From positions 512,001 through 576,000 of the forward strand of contig OZ242221.1 in NCBI GenBank assembly GCA_965206845.1: a stretch of 64,000 nucleotides of DNA, read 5' to 3'. Shown here piece after piece: positions 46,190 through 55,778 of this stretch. The position numbers were made by a program, and so were the translations under genes. The stretch comes from Cenarchaeum sp. Lineage in GTDB: Archaea; Thermoproteota; Nitrososphaeria; Nitrososphaerales; Nitrosopumilaceae. The notes under the pieces are model-generated. The model worked only from the letters and a program-made list of their open reading frames with translations. It searched no databases and was not told the DNA's origin. Position 1 is the first letter of the stretch. Each line of letters opens with the position of its first letter.

Positions 46190-49100
46190 TATACCTTCTC
46201 CTTTATCAGCAGGCGCGGGGCCACGTTGAGGCTCTGCATCTCCTGTAGAAGCAGCTTGAACGCATAGGCCACAGATACAGATGACACCTTGGCCTTGTCT
46301 CCGCATATGCGGCACAGGTATCTCCGCTGCTTGATGTCGTGGTATGCCACTAGGCCGCAGCGTTCACACACAAATATCTCGGACCTGTCAGACTCGTCAA
46401 GCAGCCTGTCCTTGAGGATCATGGATGCGCCGTAAGCGATGAGGCAGTCACGCTCCATCTCGCCGAAGCGAAGGCCTCCGCCCCGGGCGCGGCCCTCCGT
46501 GGGCTGCTTGGTAAGCATCTGGACCTGGCCGCGGGCCCTTGCGTGAATCTTGTCAGCTACCATGTGGTGGAGCTTCTGGTAGTAGACCACGCCGATAAAG
46601 ATATCCACCGGGAATGGCAGGCCAGTACGGCCGTCGTACATGGTCTCCTTGCCGGAGTACTTGAATCCGTAGGTGCTCATGGCCTCCTTTACCTCGTCCA
46701 TCTTCTCGCCCACAAACGCAGAGCCGTCAAACTTTCTGCCCCGCAGGGCAGCTGCCTTGCCGGTAACAGACTCCATGAACATTCCCACCGTCATTCTGGA
46801 GGGAAACGCATGCGGGTTAATGAGCACGTCCGGCGAGACGCCCTCGGCCGTGTACGGCAGGTCCTCGCTGTCTGCCAGGATTCCCAGAACGCCCTTCTGG
46901 CCGTGCCGCGATGCGAACTTGTCGCCGATCTCCGGCACTCTCATGTCCCTTACTCTGATCTTGTACATCTTGCCTCCCTCGCTTGACTGTGTCATCACGA
47001 CCGTGTCCACCACGCCGGTCTCAGACGGCCTGACTCCGATGGATGTGTCGCGCCTTGAGGGCCCGCTGCCGGTCTCAAACTCACGGTACTCCTCTACGAA
47101 CCTCGGGGGGCTGGTCTTGCCGATCAGAATCTCGCCTCCTGTAACCTTGGCCTCGGCAGCAATCACGCCGTCGTCCTCCAGCTGGCCGTATGCCTTCTCT
47201 CCCTTGTAGCCGCGTATGTTGTCCTCTGCGTTTGGTATCTCAAACGAGTCCCGCATTCCGCCGGGGTACTGCTTTGCCTCCGCGTCATAAATCCGGTAGA
47301 AGAACGTCCTGGCCAGACCGCGCTCCACTGATGCCCTGCTGAGGACTATGGCGTCCTCGATGTTGTAACCGTCAAATGGGAGCACTGCCACCACACAGTT
47401 CTGGCCTGCGGGCCTGTCCTCCAGACCCAGCAGGTTCATTGCCTTTGTGGTCACGATGGGAGTCTGCGGGTACAGCATAAAGTGCTGGCGCACGTACGTG
47501 CTGGTGTTCATCGTGGGTGTGGAGAATCCCAGGCTCTGCTTTGCCATGGCAGACTCGTAGGTGTTTCTAGGCGACTGGTTGTGCTCCGGGTACGGGATGA
47601 TGGAGGCTCCGGCACCCAGGATTGCAGGCGTGAATATTTCAAGGTGTGTGTGGTTTTGGATATCAGAATCGTCTATGGCGATGTAACAGTTCTCCTCCTC
47701 GTTGGCATCGATGAGCTCGATCATTCCCATCTTCAGCAGGTCAAGCCACGAGAGAGTCCGGGCGCTGATCTTTTTTAGCGCCGTCGATGTGACCAGCGGC
47801 TTGCCGTCACGCACTATGATAAGGGGCCGCAGCACGCGTCCCGCGTTGCAGTTTACGTACATTCGCTTTGTAGCGCCGTCCACCTCGGGCTTCTGGAAGG
47901 CAACCCCCACATGCGCATGTATCTTGGAGTTTCTCCTCAGGTTCCGCAGCTCGTCGGCCAGACCCTCGCCGTCCTTGTAGTACCCGATGAGCCTTCCGTC
48001 CACGAACACCCGGGTTCCCTCCCGCTTGAGATCGTCGGTGGTCTCGGCAAACGTAGCGGTGCCCATGTCATAGAGCCTCTCGATGATCTCCTCGGACGGC
48101 ACGTTGACAGATATTATGGCAGACAGCGCCAAGTTCTTTACCAGACCGCAGTTGGAGCCCTCCGGTGTCTCGCTGGGGCAGATCCTTCCAAAATGCGTCG
48201 CGTGCAGGTCACGTGCCTCAAAGTTGGGCTGCGTTCTGCTCAGCAGCGACTGGATTCTTCTCAGGTGGCTTATGGTCGAGAGATAGTTGGTCCTGTCAAG
48301 CAGCTGCGTCACGCCGACCCGGCCGCGTCCCCAGTTTCCCGTGGCAATGGCATTGTTCAGCTTGTCAGTCACTATGCCCGGCCGGATGGCAGCGGCAACG
48401 GCGTTGATTCCCCGCTTCTGGCCGGATCTCTCCAGCTGGTACTTCATATCACGTATCAGGTTCTTGAACGCTCCGCGGAACAGCTCCTCCAGCATCTGTC
48501 CTGCAAACTTGATTATCTTGTTGCCGTAGTGATCCTTGTCGTCAGAGGATATCCAGCCAAGTTTCAGCTCCAGCAGCTTGCAGGCGGCCTCGCCCAGAAA
48601 CTGCGCCTTCTCCTTTCTGTTCTCCGGATGCTTGCCCAGGTGCGGCAGTAGGCTCCAGTCCATCACTATCTCGGCGCGCTTGATCTGAAACTCCTCCTGC
48701 ATTCCCGGTGCAAACCTCTTGCTGATGTAGACTATCGCATCCTTGGATGTCTGCACGTCCGCGGTCTTCTCAAAGGAGGGCTCCAGCTCGTTTTGTATCT
48801 CCTCCACCAGCGATACCGCCCCTGCAATGTCCAGATCCGACTCCAGCCCCAGTGCGCGCATCAGGGTGATTACGGGGATGTCAACCGGAGCGCTGGGAAT
48901 CTTTGCCACTATGAGACCGTCATTCTTCATAACCAGCTCCAGCTTGGCCCTGTAGCCCACCACCGAGGAGTATATCTTTGCCTTGAAGACCGGGTTGCCG
49001 CTGACCGTCTCCCGGTCCACCATGATCTTACTGTACGAGAGATCCTCCAGTCCGACTATGACGCGCTCAGAGCCGTTTATGATAAAGTAGCCGCCGGGGT

Positions 49101-49539
49101 CATTGGGATCCTCGCCGTGCTCGACCAGCTTCTTTCGTGGAAAGCTGCGCAGTACGCAGGCGTTGGACTTGATCATTACGGGGATGTCGCCTACATGGAT
49201 GTATCTGGACTCAAGAAACTTGCCGTCCTCCACCACGCTTGCCTCCATCATCACGGGAGCCACATACGATACATTCCGCAGGCGGCTCTCGGCAGGCGTG
49301 GTGTGCGTTATGGAACCGTCAAGCTCCATCATGCGGGGCTCCTGCAGTTTGACCTTTCCCAGCTGTATCTTGTAGGGGTACTCTGTGTTCTCGATCTCGA
49401 TCTGACCCACCTCGTTGGCAGCGTTCTGAAGCCCCTTTACCCGGAACTCGTCAAACGAATTGAGGTGCTGCTTGGCGATTCCGTTCATACGGAGTATATC
49501 CTGTATAATGGGCCAGCGACTGTTCTGTGACGATGACAT
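46189..49539 (-). CDS. rpoB: DNA-directed RNA polymerase subunit B (Rpo2), unsplit
   Basis: GGYFIINGSER, ETPEGSNCGL, GDKFASRHGQKG, GLRFGEMERD. Confidence 0.98.
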   Translation of the reverse strand: MSSSQNSRWPIIQDILRMNGIAKQHLNSFDEFRVKGLQNAANEVGQIEIENTEYPYKIQLGKVKLQEPRMMELDGSITHTTPAESRLRNVSYVAPVMMEASVVEDGKFLESRYIHVGDIPVMIKSNACVLRSFPRKKLVEHGEDPNDPGGYFIINGSERVIVGLEDLSYSKIMVDRETVSGNPVFKAKIYSSVVGYRAKLELVMKNDGLIVAKIPSAPVDIPVITLMRALGLESDLDIAGAVSLVEEIQNELEPSFEKTADVQTSKDAIVYISKRFAPGMQEEFQIKRAEIVMDWSLLPHLGKHPENRKEKAQFLGEAACKLLELKLGWISSDDKDHYGNKIIKFAGQMLEELFRGAFKNLIRDMKYQLERSGQKRGINAVAAAIRPGIVTDKLNNAIATGNWGRGRVGVTQLLDRTNYLSTISHLRRIQSLLSRTQPNFEARDLHATHFGRICPSETPEGSNCGLVKNLALSAIISVNVPSEEIIERLYDMGTATFAETTDDLKREGTRVFVDGRLIGYYKDGEGLADELRNLRRNSKIHAHVGVAFQKPEVDGATKRMYVNCNAGRVLRPLIIVRDGKPLVTSTALKKISARTLSWLDLLKMGMIELIDANEEENCYIAIDDSDIQNHTHLEIFTPAILGAGASIIPYPEHNQSPRNTYESAMAKQSLGFSTPTMNTSTYVRQHFMLYPQTPIVTTKAMNLLGLEDRPAGQNCVVAVLPFDGYNIEDAIVLSRASVERGLARTFFYRIYDAEAKQYPGGMRDSFEIPNAEDNIRGYKGEKAYGQLEDDGVIAAEAKVTGGEILIGKTSPPRFVEEYREFETGSGPSRRDTSIGVRPSETGVVDTVVMTQSSEGGKMYKIRVRDMRVPEIGDKFASRHGQKGVLGILADSEDLPYTAEGVSPDVLINPHAFPSRMTVGMFMESVTGKAAALRGRKFDGSAFVGEKMDEVKEAMSTYGFKYSGKETMYDGRTGLPFPVDIFIGVVYYQKLHHMVADKIHARARGQVQMLTKQPTEGRARGGGLRFGEMERDCLIAYGASMILKDRLLDESDRSEIFVCERCGLVAYHDIKQRRYLCRICGDKAKVSSVSVAYAFKLLLQEMQSLNVAPRLLIKEKV

Positions 49540-49545
49540 GTCTCC

Positions 49546-49797
49546 CTAATCCTCTACTACATATCGGTAGTAGATGCTGGTGCCAGCGGTGCTGCTCTTT
49601 CTTGTGATCTTTATCAGGTCTCCCGGCTTGACGTCCAAGCCGATAATTGCGGGATCGCTTACCAGTATCAGCGGAAGCTCCGTCGGCTGGCAGTTAAACT
49701 TTGCCAGAATCCCCTGTGTCTGATCCTTGGGCAGGATCTCGTGCTTTGGCACATAGATGTGATCCGGTACCAGGATGGGGTTCTTCTTAACTACCAT
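49546..49797 (-). CDS. rpoH: DNA-directed RNA polymerase subunit H (Rpo5); start at ATG 49797
   Basis: HIYVPKHEIL, LPLILVSDP, IKITRKSSTAG..YYRYVV. Confidence 0.95.
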   Translation of the reverse strand: MVVKKNPILVPDHIYVPKHEILPKDQTQGILAKFNCQPTELPLILVSDPAIIGLDVKPGDLIKITRKSSTAGTSIYYRYVVED

Positions 49798-49901
49798 GAG
49801 ATGGATCCTCGCGCACCATACTAACTGCAGATGAGAATAACATGAACAAACTAGAGTCAAGTCGCAGACGGGTTAATATATATTTAATCGGCGAGATTCA
49901 G

Positions 49902-49991
49902 TACACACTCAGGTCCCGCTCGAACCTAGGCACGGTTTTGCGAGACGCGACGCGGTTTTGTGCCTAGAAGGATCGCCGACCTGAGTACATA
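49902..49991. mobile_element. 90-bp palindromic mini-element with 10-bp flanking direct repeat
   Basis: CGAGATTCAG at 49892-49901 and 49992-50001; ends TACACACTCAGGTC / TATGTACTCAGGTC (11/14); inner stem CTAGGCAC/GTGCCTAG. Confidence 0.7.
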
Positions 49992-50079
49992 CGAGATTCA
50001 GCCTGGATCTCCGCACCCGGCCACGCCTGCGCCAAGGTTCCGTGTAGCGATTCGGGCCTGGCGCAGGAAACCGCCGGGA

Positions 50080-51348
50080 TCACGCTCTGCCCGGCTTGAA
50101 GATGCTGTCCAGTGCCAGGGAGCCGTCCGCGCCGGTGTACACTCCGATCTTCTCCCACTGGCCGTCGCGCACCCCCCACACCTCATAGTCCGCACTGGCC
50201 AGATCGCCTGCCTCGTTCAGGCGTATGTCACCTGTCGTACCACCATACCTGCTTACAACGTCTGCGATGACTGCCTTCATATCCGCGGCGTTCACACTCT
50301 GCGCCTCCTGCATGGTAAGGGCCATGACCCACACCGCATCGTATGCGACGGTCAGGAACGAGGTCGGCTCCCTTCCAAGCTGCTCTGCCGTAGCGGATAC
50401 GACGCGATCGCGTGCGGCGCTCTCGTGTACGAAAGGCACGGTCGATGTCAGCCCTACCGAGCTTGAGAACCGTCCCACGACGGGATCGTCGACTATGCCC
50501 TGATCTTGTGTGAGCGCGGCGGAGCCGAACCAGTTGACGTCATCCAGTATCTCGTACGAGGATGCAAGCCGCATAAGTCCCAAGCCCTCGCCGTAGCTGG
50601 AGAGCAGTACCGCAACCCTGTCACTGCCATGCTCCTCCACCATGCCGCGCACCATATCTGCCAAGATTGGCGCGGATGCGGCAAACTCCGGGGACTTGGG
50701 GTTGTACCGTATTCCCTCCTCCACCGTACCGCCAAGCTCCGAGAAGACGTCCCTCACTGTGCCCACTACGCCCTCGCCCCACGTGTCTCCGCGGTACACC
50801 GGAATCAGGACATCTATCCCGTGGCTCTTCACGAGTCTTGCCAATACTTCAGATTCGTAAAGTTCGCTTGGGACCATGCGGTAGACGCTGTCGCCGGGCA
50901 CTGCAAGTCCCGGAGACGACGAGCAGCATGACAGGATCAGCATGTCATTTGAGCCCGCGTACTCCTTGACGCTTTCGACGTTTGCGCTGGACGCGGGCCC
51001 GACTACCGCCCGCACCCCGCCTGCATGGAGCAGTGCCGCCTTTTCAAGCGCCACGGCCGGATCGGTTGCGGTGTCCTCCGGAACCAGCCTCATGGTCCAC
51101 GGCTCTCCCTGCTCCCGGAGGTAGTCGTTGACGTCTGCCTCTGCGAGTTTTGAGAACGTCAGTATCTCCTCCCCTAGGGGGGCCAGATCACCCGTAAGCG
51201 GAAGGAGTAGACCCACCGGCACCTCGCCTGAGAGTCTGAGGCTGCCTGGCGCATCATCGTCTCCCCACCCGGTAAGCGCAAAGTATGCAACGGCTATAAC
51301 AGCAAGGGCCACCCCCACCACGATCTGCTGCTCCTTGGGCTTCATCAC
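50080..51348 (-). CDS. Branched-chain amino acid-type (LivK-like) ABC substrate-binding protein
   Basis: VGLLLPLTGDLA, EDTATDP, VVGPASS, AYDAVW, G.IRLNEAGD; N-terminal TM anchor. Confidence 0.9.
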   Translation of the reverse strand: MMKPKEQQIVVGVALAVIAVAYFALTGWGDDDAPGSLRLSGEVPVGLLLPLTGDLAPLGEEILTFSKLAEADVNDYLREQGEPWTMRLVPEDTATDPAVALEKAALLHAGGVRAVVGPASSANVESVKEYAGSNDMLILSCCSSSPGLAVPGDSVYRMVPSELYESEVLARLVKSHGIDVLIPVYRGDTWGEGVVGTVRDVFSELGGTVEEGIRYNPKSPEFAASAPILADMVRGMVEEHGSDRVAVLLSSYGEGLGLMRLASSYEILDDVNWFGSAALTQDQGIVDDPVVGRFSSSVGLTSTVPFVHESAARDRVVSATAEQLGREPTSFLTVAYDAVWVMALTMQEAQSVNAADMKAVIADVVSRYGGTTGDIRLNEAGDLASADYEVWGVRDGQWEKIGVYTGADGSLALDSIFKPGRA

Positions 51349-51440
51349 ACATACCAGTAGGAGGCACGGATAAAGATTACCGCCCTCCTACAGGGGTGTG
51401 GATCGGGCCCCGTGCCTGCCAGAGATCAAAGAGTTAATAT

Positions 51441-51466
51441 ATATCACTAGTGATATCACTAGTGAT
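51441..51466. promoter_or_regulatory. Palindromic operator candidate between the TATA box and the PadR start
   Basis: ATCACTAGTGAT twice in tandem (51443-51466, a perfect 24-bp palindrome) right after TTAATATA (51434-51441). Confidence 0.7.
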
Positions 51467-52052
51467 GAGCTCTGATAGATCTTCCAGGGGTAGAAGTGCC
51501 GTTCCAAGAGGCTTCTCCAGATACTACGTTCTGGAGCTTTTAAGGAAGGAACCTCACACCGGCAAGCAGATCATAGACTGCGCGTCCGAACAGAGCCAGG
51601 GAATCTGGAAGCCGTCACCGGGACTGGTCTACCCGTTGCTGGGCAGGCTGCTGGATGAGGGCCTGATCGAGGAGATCGAAGGCGGCAGATACCAGATGAC
51701 AGAGAAGGGCATATCCACCGCAGAGGACATAGACAAGATAAACGACACGATCAAAAAGCAGATTGATGTTCTGACCAGACTGGGCAGCGCAGGTCATTTT
51801 GTGGCAATGGATGTAATAGAGAGGATGATATCCATGGGAGTGGTTTTGAGCGCAAACGTGAAGAATATGAAACAGCGTGAGACCGCCCGGTACAAGAGTT
51901 TTCTCGAGTCGGAGCTGAAGGCCCTGAATGAGAAGAGTGCCGAGAATGGGGAGGATGCCCCGCCTGAGAAGGATAGTACCGTTGGGGATGGGGAGGATGC
52001 CCCGCCTGAGAAGGACAATACGGCCGGCGGACGGGAAGTCAGGGTGGAGTAA
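51465..52052 (+). CDS. PadR family transcriptional regulator
   Basis: RGFSRYYVLELL, WKPSPGLVYPLL..L.DEGLI, YQMTEKG. Confidence 0.92.
   Translation: MSSDRSSRGRSAVPRGFSRYYVLELLRKEPHTGKQIIDCASEQSQGIWKPSPGLVYPLLGRLLDEGLIEEIEGGRYQMTEKGISTAEDIDKINDTIKKQIDVLTRLGSAGHFVAMDVIERMISMGVVLSANVKNMKQRETARYKSFLESELKALNEKSAENGEDAPPEKDSTVGDGEDAPPEKDNTAGGREVRVE
51946..52021. repeat. 42-bp tandem duplication in the PadR tail
   Basis: ATGGGGAGGATGCCCCGCCTGAGAAGGA at 51946 and 51988 (GEDAPPEKD twice). Confidence 0.85.
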
Positions 52053-52072
52053 CACCATTTAGTGCTTGAGAC

Positions 52073-52333
52073 ATGATCGACCCCAAGGACGCGGCCCGGA
52101 TCATGGATACGCTGGCAAAGAACCTGGCCGGCGTGTCACGGGACGGCAAGAACTTTGAGAAGCTTCCGGATACTTTCTGGGGGTATTTTGCCCGGGGCCA
52201 CGACTCCAAGGGAAAGTTCGGGGTGATTGTGACCTACTCTGAGACCGGCTCTGACGTGGACGATCTCATCAGGATGTATGAAGAGTGGGTCTCAAAGAAC
52301 CTGCACGGGGAAGGGAGCCGTCCCGGCGCATGA
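52073..52333 (+). CDS. Hypothetical protein (86 aa)
   Basis: ATG-start ORF 20 nt after the PadR stop, same strand. Confidence 0.7.
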   Translation: MIDPKDAARIMDTLAKNLAGVSRDGKNFEKLPDTFWGYFARGHDSKGKFGVIVTYSETGSDVDDLIRMYEEWVSKNLHGEGSRPGA

Positions 52334-52474
52334 CATCGACATGCCGCATCCTAGGCAGCCGGTGCCCGTGCCTGCCGTGAGCGCCTCTTACTGAACCGGC
52401 AGCCGAACCGGGCTGTTGCGGAACCGGCGGGCCTTAATCCATAACTTTTTATGGTTTTTTAGTTATGTGACCTC

Positions 52475-52645
52475 ATGAGCAACAAACCCGGAACGGTCTA
52501 TGACCGCATAGCGGAGCTTGAGCAGGATGTGGCCACCCTCAAAAAGGAGATGAAGATAATCAAGTCCGTGTTCCGTGCCAAGATAGCTAGGTATGAAGTC
52601 AGCGCTATCAGGGAAGGCAAAGAGATCTCATCTATTATCGACTAG
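52475..52645 (+). CDS. 56-aa coiled-coil hypothetical protein
   Basis: MSNKPGTVYDRIAELEQDVATLKKEMKIIKSVFRAKIARYEVSAIREGKEISSIID*; TTTTTATG box about 25 nt upstream. Confidence 0.7.
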   Translation: MSNKPGTVYDRIAELEQDVATLKKEMKIIKSVFRAKIARYEVSAIREGKEISSIID

Positions 52646-53437
52646 ACCCCTTTGGTCATGTATCATCTTCAGAACATAGTCTGCGTCCGGGGCGCTCGGG
52701 CTCATCTCAAGGTATTCCGTGAGGCGCTCTAGCGCCGTGTCGTGCCTGCCCAGGTGTGCCTCCAGAATCCCCATGTCTCGGACATCCTCTGCCGAGTCTG
52801 GCTCCAGCGCCAGAACCAGGCTGGAGCACACCATTGCCTTGTCGTATGCAAAGGACTGCAGGTACGCGTTCTTCAGGTTTCTTGCCATTCTGGCCAGAAC
52901 CTGCCCGTGGCTGATCTCGTTGAGAAATTCAGGTACTAGTGTGAGCTGGTCGCCAAAGCTTGCATCAAGCAGATCCTGGAGGTCGTCTGCGTCCATAATT
53001 GAACCGCGATTGTAAGGGTCAATGACGTACTCGGTGCCGTGCCTCGCCAGCACATGACCCGGAAATCCCACAATCGCCAAGTCAAGGCCGATGTACCTGG
53101 CCAGATCCGCATATATGACTGACAGAGAGATGGGGATTCCCCTCTTTGTGTCAATCACCTGATCCAGCAGGCTGTTGGCCGGCGCGTGGTAGTCGATCTC
53201 GTTGCCGCCAAACCCCAGAACATCGAACATGTACTCGCCAAGCGCAGATATCAGGTATGCGTCTGACTTGTCCTTGGATACCCTATCTGACAGGGATCTG
53301 CCCATCTGATCCAGCGTCGCAAGGTACGGGCCCGCGTCTAGGTTTGTCTGTCCCACAAGTCTTGAGAGGGCAAGGCACTTTCCGGCAAGGGTCTGCCCCT
53401 CGTCTCTGACAAGTGACATCCATTCTGCGTATTCCAA
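52628..53437 (-). CDS. SirB1-like transglutaminase-core protein with TPR
   Basis: GFGGN..DY..P.NSLLDQV..KRGIPISL, GFPGH, IDPYN, RMARNLK. Confidence 0.88.
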   Translation of the reverse strand: MEYAEWMSLVRDEGQTLAGKCLALSRLVGQTNLDAGPYLATLDQMGRSLSDRVSKDKSDAYLISALGEYMFDVLGFGGNEIDYHAPANSLLDQVIDTKRGIPISLSVIYADLARYIGLDLAIVGFPGHVLARHGTEYVIDPYNRGSIMDADDLQDLLDASFGDQLTLVPEFLNEISHGQVLARMARNLKNAYLQSFAYDKAMVCSSLVLALEPDSAEDVRDMGILEAHLGRHDTALERLTEYLEMSPSAPDADYVLKMIHDQRGLVDNR

Positions 53438-53439
53438 GA

Positions 53440-54627
53440 CTATGCCAGAACCCTCTTGGTGTACGCCTCGGGATCCCTGAGCTCCCTGGTGGTGGGCGGC
53501 TGCGCGTCCAGGGTCTCAAAGGGCACGCTGTCTGATACTGCCGCCGTAAAGTCCCGCCCGATGTTCTTTCTGACGCGGTAGGACGATGGGTCGGTGCCCA
53601 TGAATGTGGACAGGTAGTTCTCAAAGTCAGCATCACCGTCCAGTATGCTCTGGACCGCAAACTCTGCCATTCCCTCCATTACTGTAAAGGCCGCGTGGTG
53701 CGCCTGCATGGGTCCCAGCCATCTCTGGTACACATCCAGGAGGTGCGGAGCCATGAGCGATATCTTTGGGTCGATTCTGACGCCGGTGTAGGTCATGATG
53801 TCAGGGCCCAGCTGCTGCGCCAGAAAAAAGTTTGGATCCAGAAAGAAGAACAGATTTGCCTTCTTTGCCAACGGAAAGTCATCGGGCACGGTCTGAAGCT
53901 GCATGTACTCGTACAGATCTGATGCAGATCCCGCTTCCAGATCCAGGATCATCCTGGCACAGTCCTCGTTTATCGAGTTGACATCCATGACCGCACGCAT
54001 GTTTGTAGCCTGCAGGTTCCTCTGGACGCTGTGGACGATCTCCTCCAGTATGGTCATTTTGAGCGCCCCCCTGTACCCGGATCTCACCGACTCTGCTCTC
54101 GCCTGGAAGGGCTGCCCGTGCCTGTAGAGTATGATCTTGGGATAGCTGTCAAGGACAAACCTGTTGAGGTGGATGACGTCGTCCAGTATGTCCCCATATG
54201 TGGTGGAGATCTGTGAGAGGTAGTTCTTGGCGTATGTGGAGTATACCAGGTACCTCGCCGTGTCTGCGGTAACGAGGCCTGCAATTTTGTCCTTATCCTG
54301 CATGGCCACTGCCAAGAACAGGTCGTCCACGTATCCCCTTGCCGCGTCGTCGGCGAAGACCTTACGGCCCTTGAGCCTCTTAAAGTCCAGAAGGTTGGTA
54401 AAATCCAGCCTCAGCGAGTCTGGCACCGGCATGCCAGTGAACTCCTCGACCAGTCCCCGGTACTCGGTGAACACCTTGTCCGCCATATCCTCCAGAGATT
54501 CAAACTCCACCGCAAAGGATCCGTCCTCGTTGATCCTTGAGACGAGTTCCGCAATCTCCTTCTCCTCGTTGATCTCCACAGATATCTGATCCAACAGGGC
54601 CTCGGCGAACTCGTCAGATTCTGGCAA
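53440..54627 (-). CDS. Hypothetical protein, possible degenerate zincin-like fold
   Basis: LEEIVHSVQ and downstream VMEGMAEF resemble HExxH...EG.A patterns. Confidence 0.65.
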   Translation of the reverse strand: MPESDEFAEALLDQISVEINEEKEIAELVSRINEDGSFAVEFESLEDMADKVFTEYRGLVEEFTGMPVPDSLRLDFTNLLDFKRLKGRKVFADDAARGYVDDLFLAVAMQDKDKIAGLVTADTARYLVYSTYAKNYLSQISTTYGDILDDVIHLNRFVLDSYPKIILYRHGQPFQARAESVRSGYRGALKMTILEEIVHSVQRNLQATNMRAVMDVNSINEDCARMILDLEAGSASDLYEYMQLQTVPDDFPLAKKANLFFFLDPNFFLAQQLGPDIMTYTGVRIDPKISLMAPHLLDVYQRWLGPMQAHHAAFTVMEGMAEFAVQSILDGDADFENYLSTFMGTDPSSYRVRKNIGRDFTAAVSDSVPFETLDAQPPTTRELRDPEAYTKRVLA

Positions 54628-54705
54628 TATGGTAGGACTGTGCCGGGACTAAATTTATGGCTATCTAGAAACTGGTATTAGGCGGGCAGGCGTAGGCGGT
54701 GTATC

Positions 54706-55581
54706 TTGCACGAGTTTTGTGTAGAGTACCTAAGGTGCGTCCGGTGCCGTGGTAGGCTGGAGCTGGAGGCACTGGTCGAGGGCCCCGACATCACGGAGGG
54801 GTTCTTGCACTGTTACCGGTGCCACCTTGACTTTCCCGTAGTGGACGGGATTCCGATCCTGTGGGACGACTTTGCCGGGTACGTCCGGTGCCGCGCGTCC
54901 CTTGGGGGCCAGATGTATCTGAAGTGCGGTCACCGCAGGGTGTGGGAGTACGTCAGGAGCTGCCTGTCGGTTGCAGAGCCCACAGCAGAGGACATATCAA
55001 GGCAGGAGTTGAGGTGGGCCCGCATATACCAGAACAGCTCCCGATCCAGATTCTACACCGAGATAAGGAGAAGGCTGGACATGCTTGAGTACGACACCTT
55101 TCTGGAGCATGGCTGCTCCATAGGTCTGGTCTCAGGGCATGCCGCTGAGCGTGCCATCACGGGCTTTGGCATCGACCGGTCGTTTCACGCGGTGCGGCAT
55201 GCCAGAAGGTCGTCTGGACATGGACATGACTACCTTATCGCCGACTCACTGGAGCACCCCTTCGGGGAGCAGAGGTTTGACCTGGTGATGGCGCTGAACC
55301 TGCTGGAGATTGTGGATCCTGCGGAACTGCTGCGGGTGATGACTCCACAGACGGGGCGCCTGATGATGGTATCTGACCCATACGACTACGAGAGGGCCGA
55401 CAGGAGCGTAAAGGGGGCGGTAAACGGGGCGCAGTTCCGGGACATGATACGCAGATCCGGATTCTCGCCGGTGTCCGGAACGTCACAGGCAGGATACATC
55501 CCTTGGAGTCTTGCCATAAACGACCGCGCCCGGCTGAACTACAGGGTAGACCTAGTAATAGCGGAGAGGCGGCACGGATGA
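54706..55581 (+). CDS. Trm112-like Zn domain fused to a class I SAM-dependent methyltransferase
   Basis: LRCVRC...LHCYRC...FPVVDGIPIL; LEHGCSIG motif I; GIDRS. Confidence 0.82.
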   Translation: MHEFCVEYLRCVRCRGRLELEALVEGPDITEGFLHCYRCHLDFPVVDGIPILWDDFAGYVRCRASLGGQMYLKCGHRRVWEYVRSCLSVAEPTAEDISRQELRWARIYQNSSRSRFYTEIRRRLDMLEYDTFLEHGCSIGLVSGHAAERAITGFGIDRSFHAVRHARRSSGHGHDYLIADSLEHPFGEQRFDLVMALNLLEIVDPAELLRVMTPQTGRLMMVSDPYDYERADRSVKGAVNGAQFRDMIRRSGFSPVSGTSQAGYIPWSLAINDRARLNYRVDLVIAERRHG

Positions 55582-55623
55582 GATTGGAACCGCCACGATC
55601 CATTCACATATGTTAGGATATGA

Positions 55624-55720
55624 TGCCGGAGGTGGGTTTCGAACCCACGACCTCCAGATTATGAGTGTTGCCTGTTTTTTGGAGAAGCTGGCACTCTAGG
55701 CCAGGCTGAGCTACTCCGGC
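55624..55720 (-). tRNA. tRNA-Met(CAT), probably elongator, with 21-nt non-canonical intron at 30/31 (55667-55687)
   Basis: Acceptor GCCGGAG/CTCCGGC-A; removing the intron yields stem CCAGA/TCTGG with loop CT-CAT-AA; T arm GTGGG-TTCGAAA-CCCAC; central BHB helix TGCC/GGCA. Confidence 0.9.
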
Positions 55721-55778
55721 ACTGTATCACATCCGGAATATCTCAAATTAAATGATTCTAAAGGCTTCACAGCATTTG

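Noticed and set aside
46190-46315. ORF-track N-terminal extension of rpoA
   Set aside because: Lies within the rpoB coding region; ATG 46189 overlaps the rpoB stop and gives a normal N-terminus
24207-49539. Inteins in alaS, leuS or RNA polymerase subunits
   Set aside because: Protein lengths are normal and no intein splice-junction or LAGLIDADG motifs were seen
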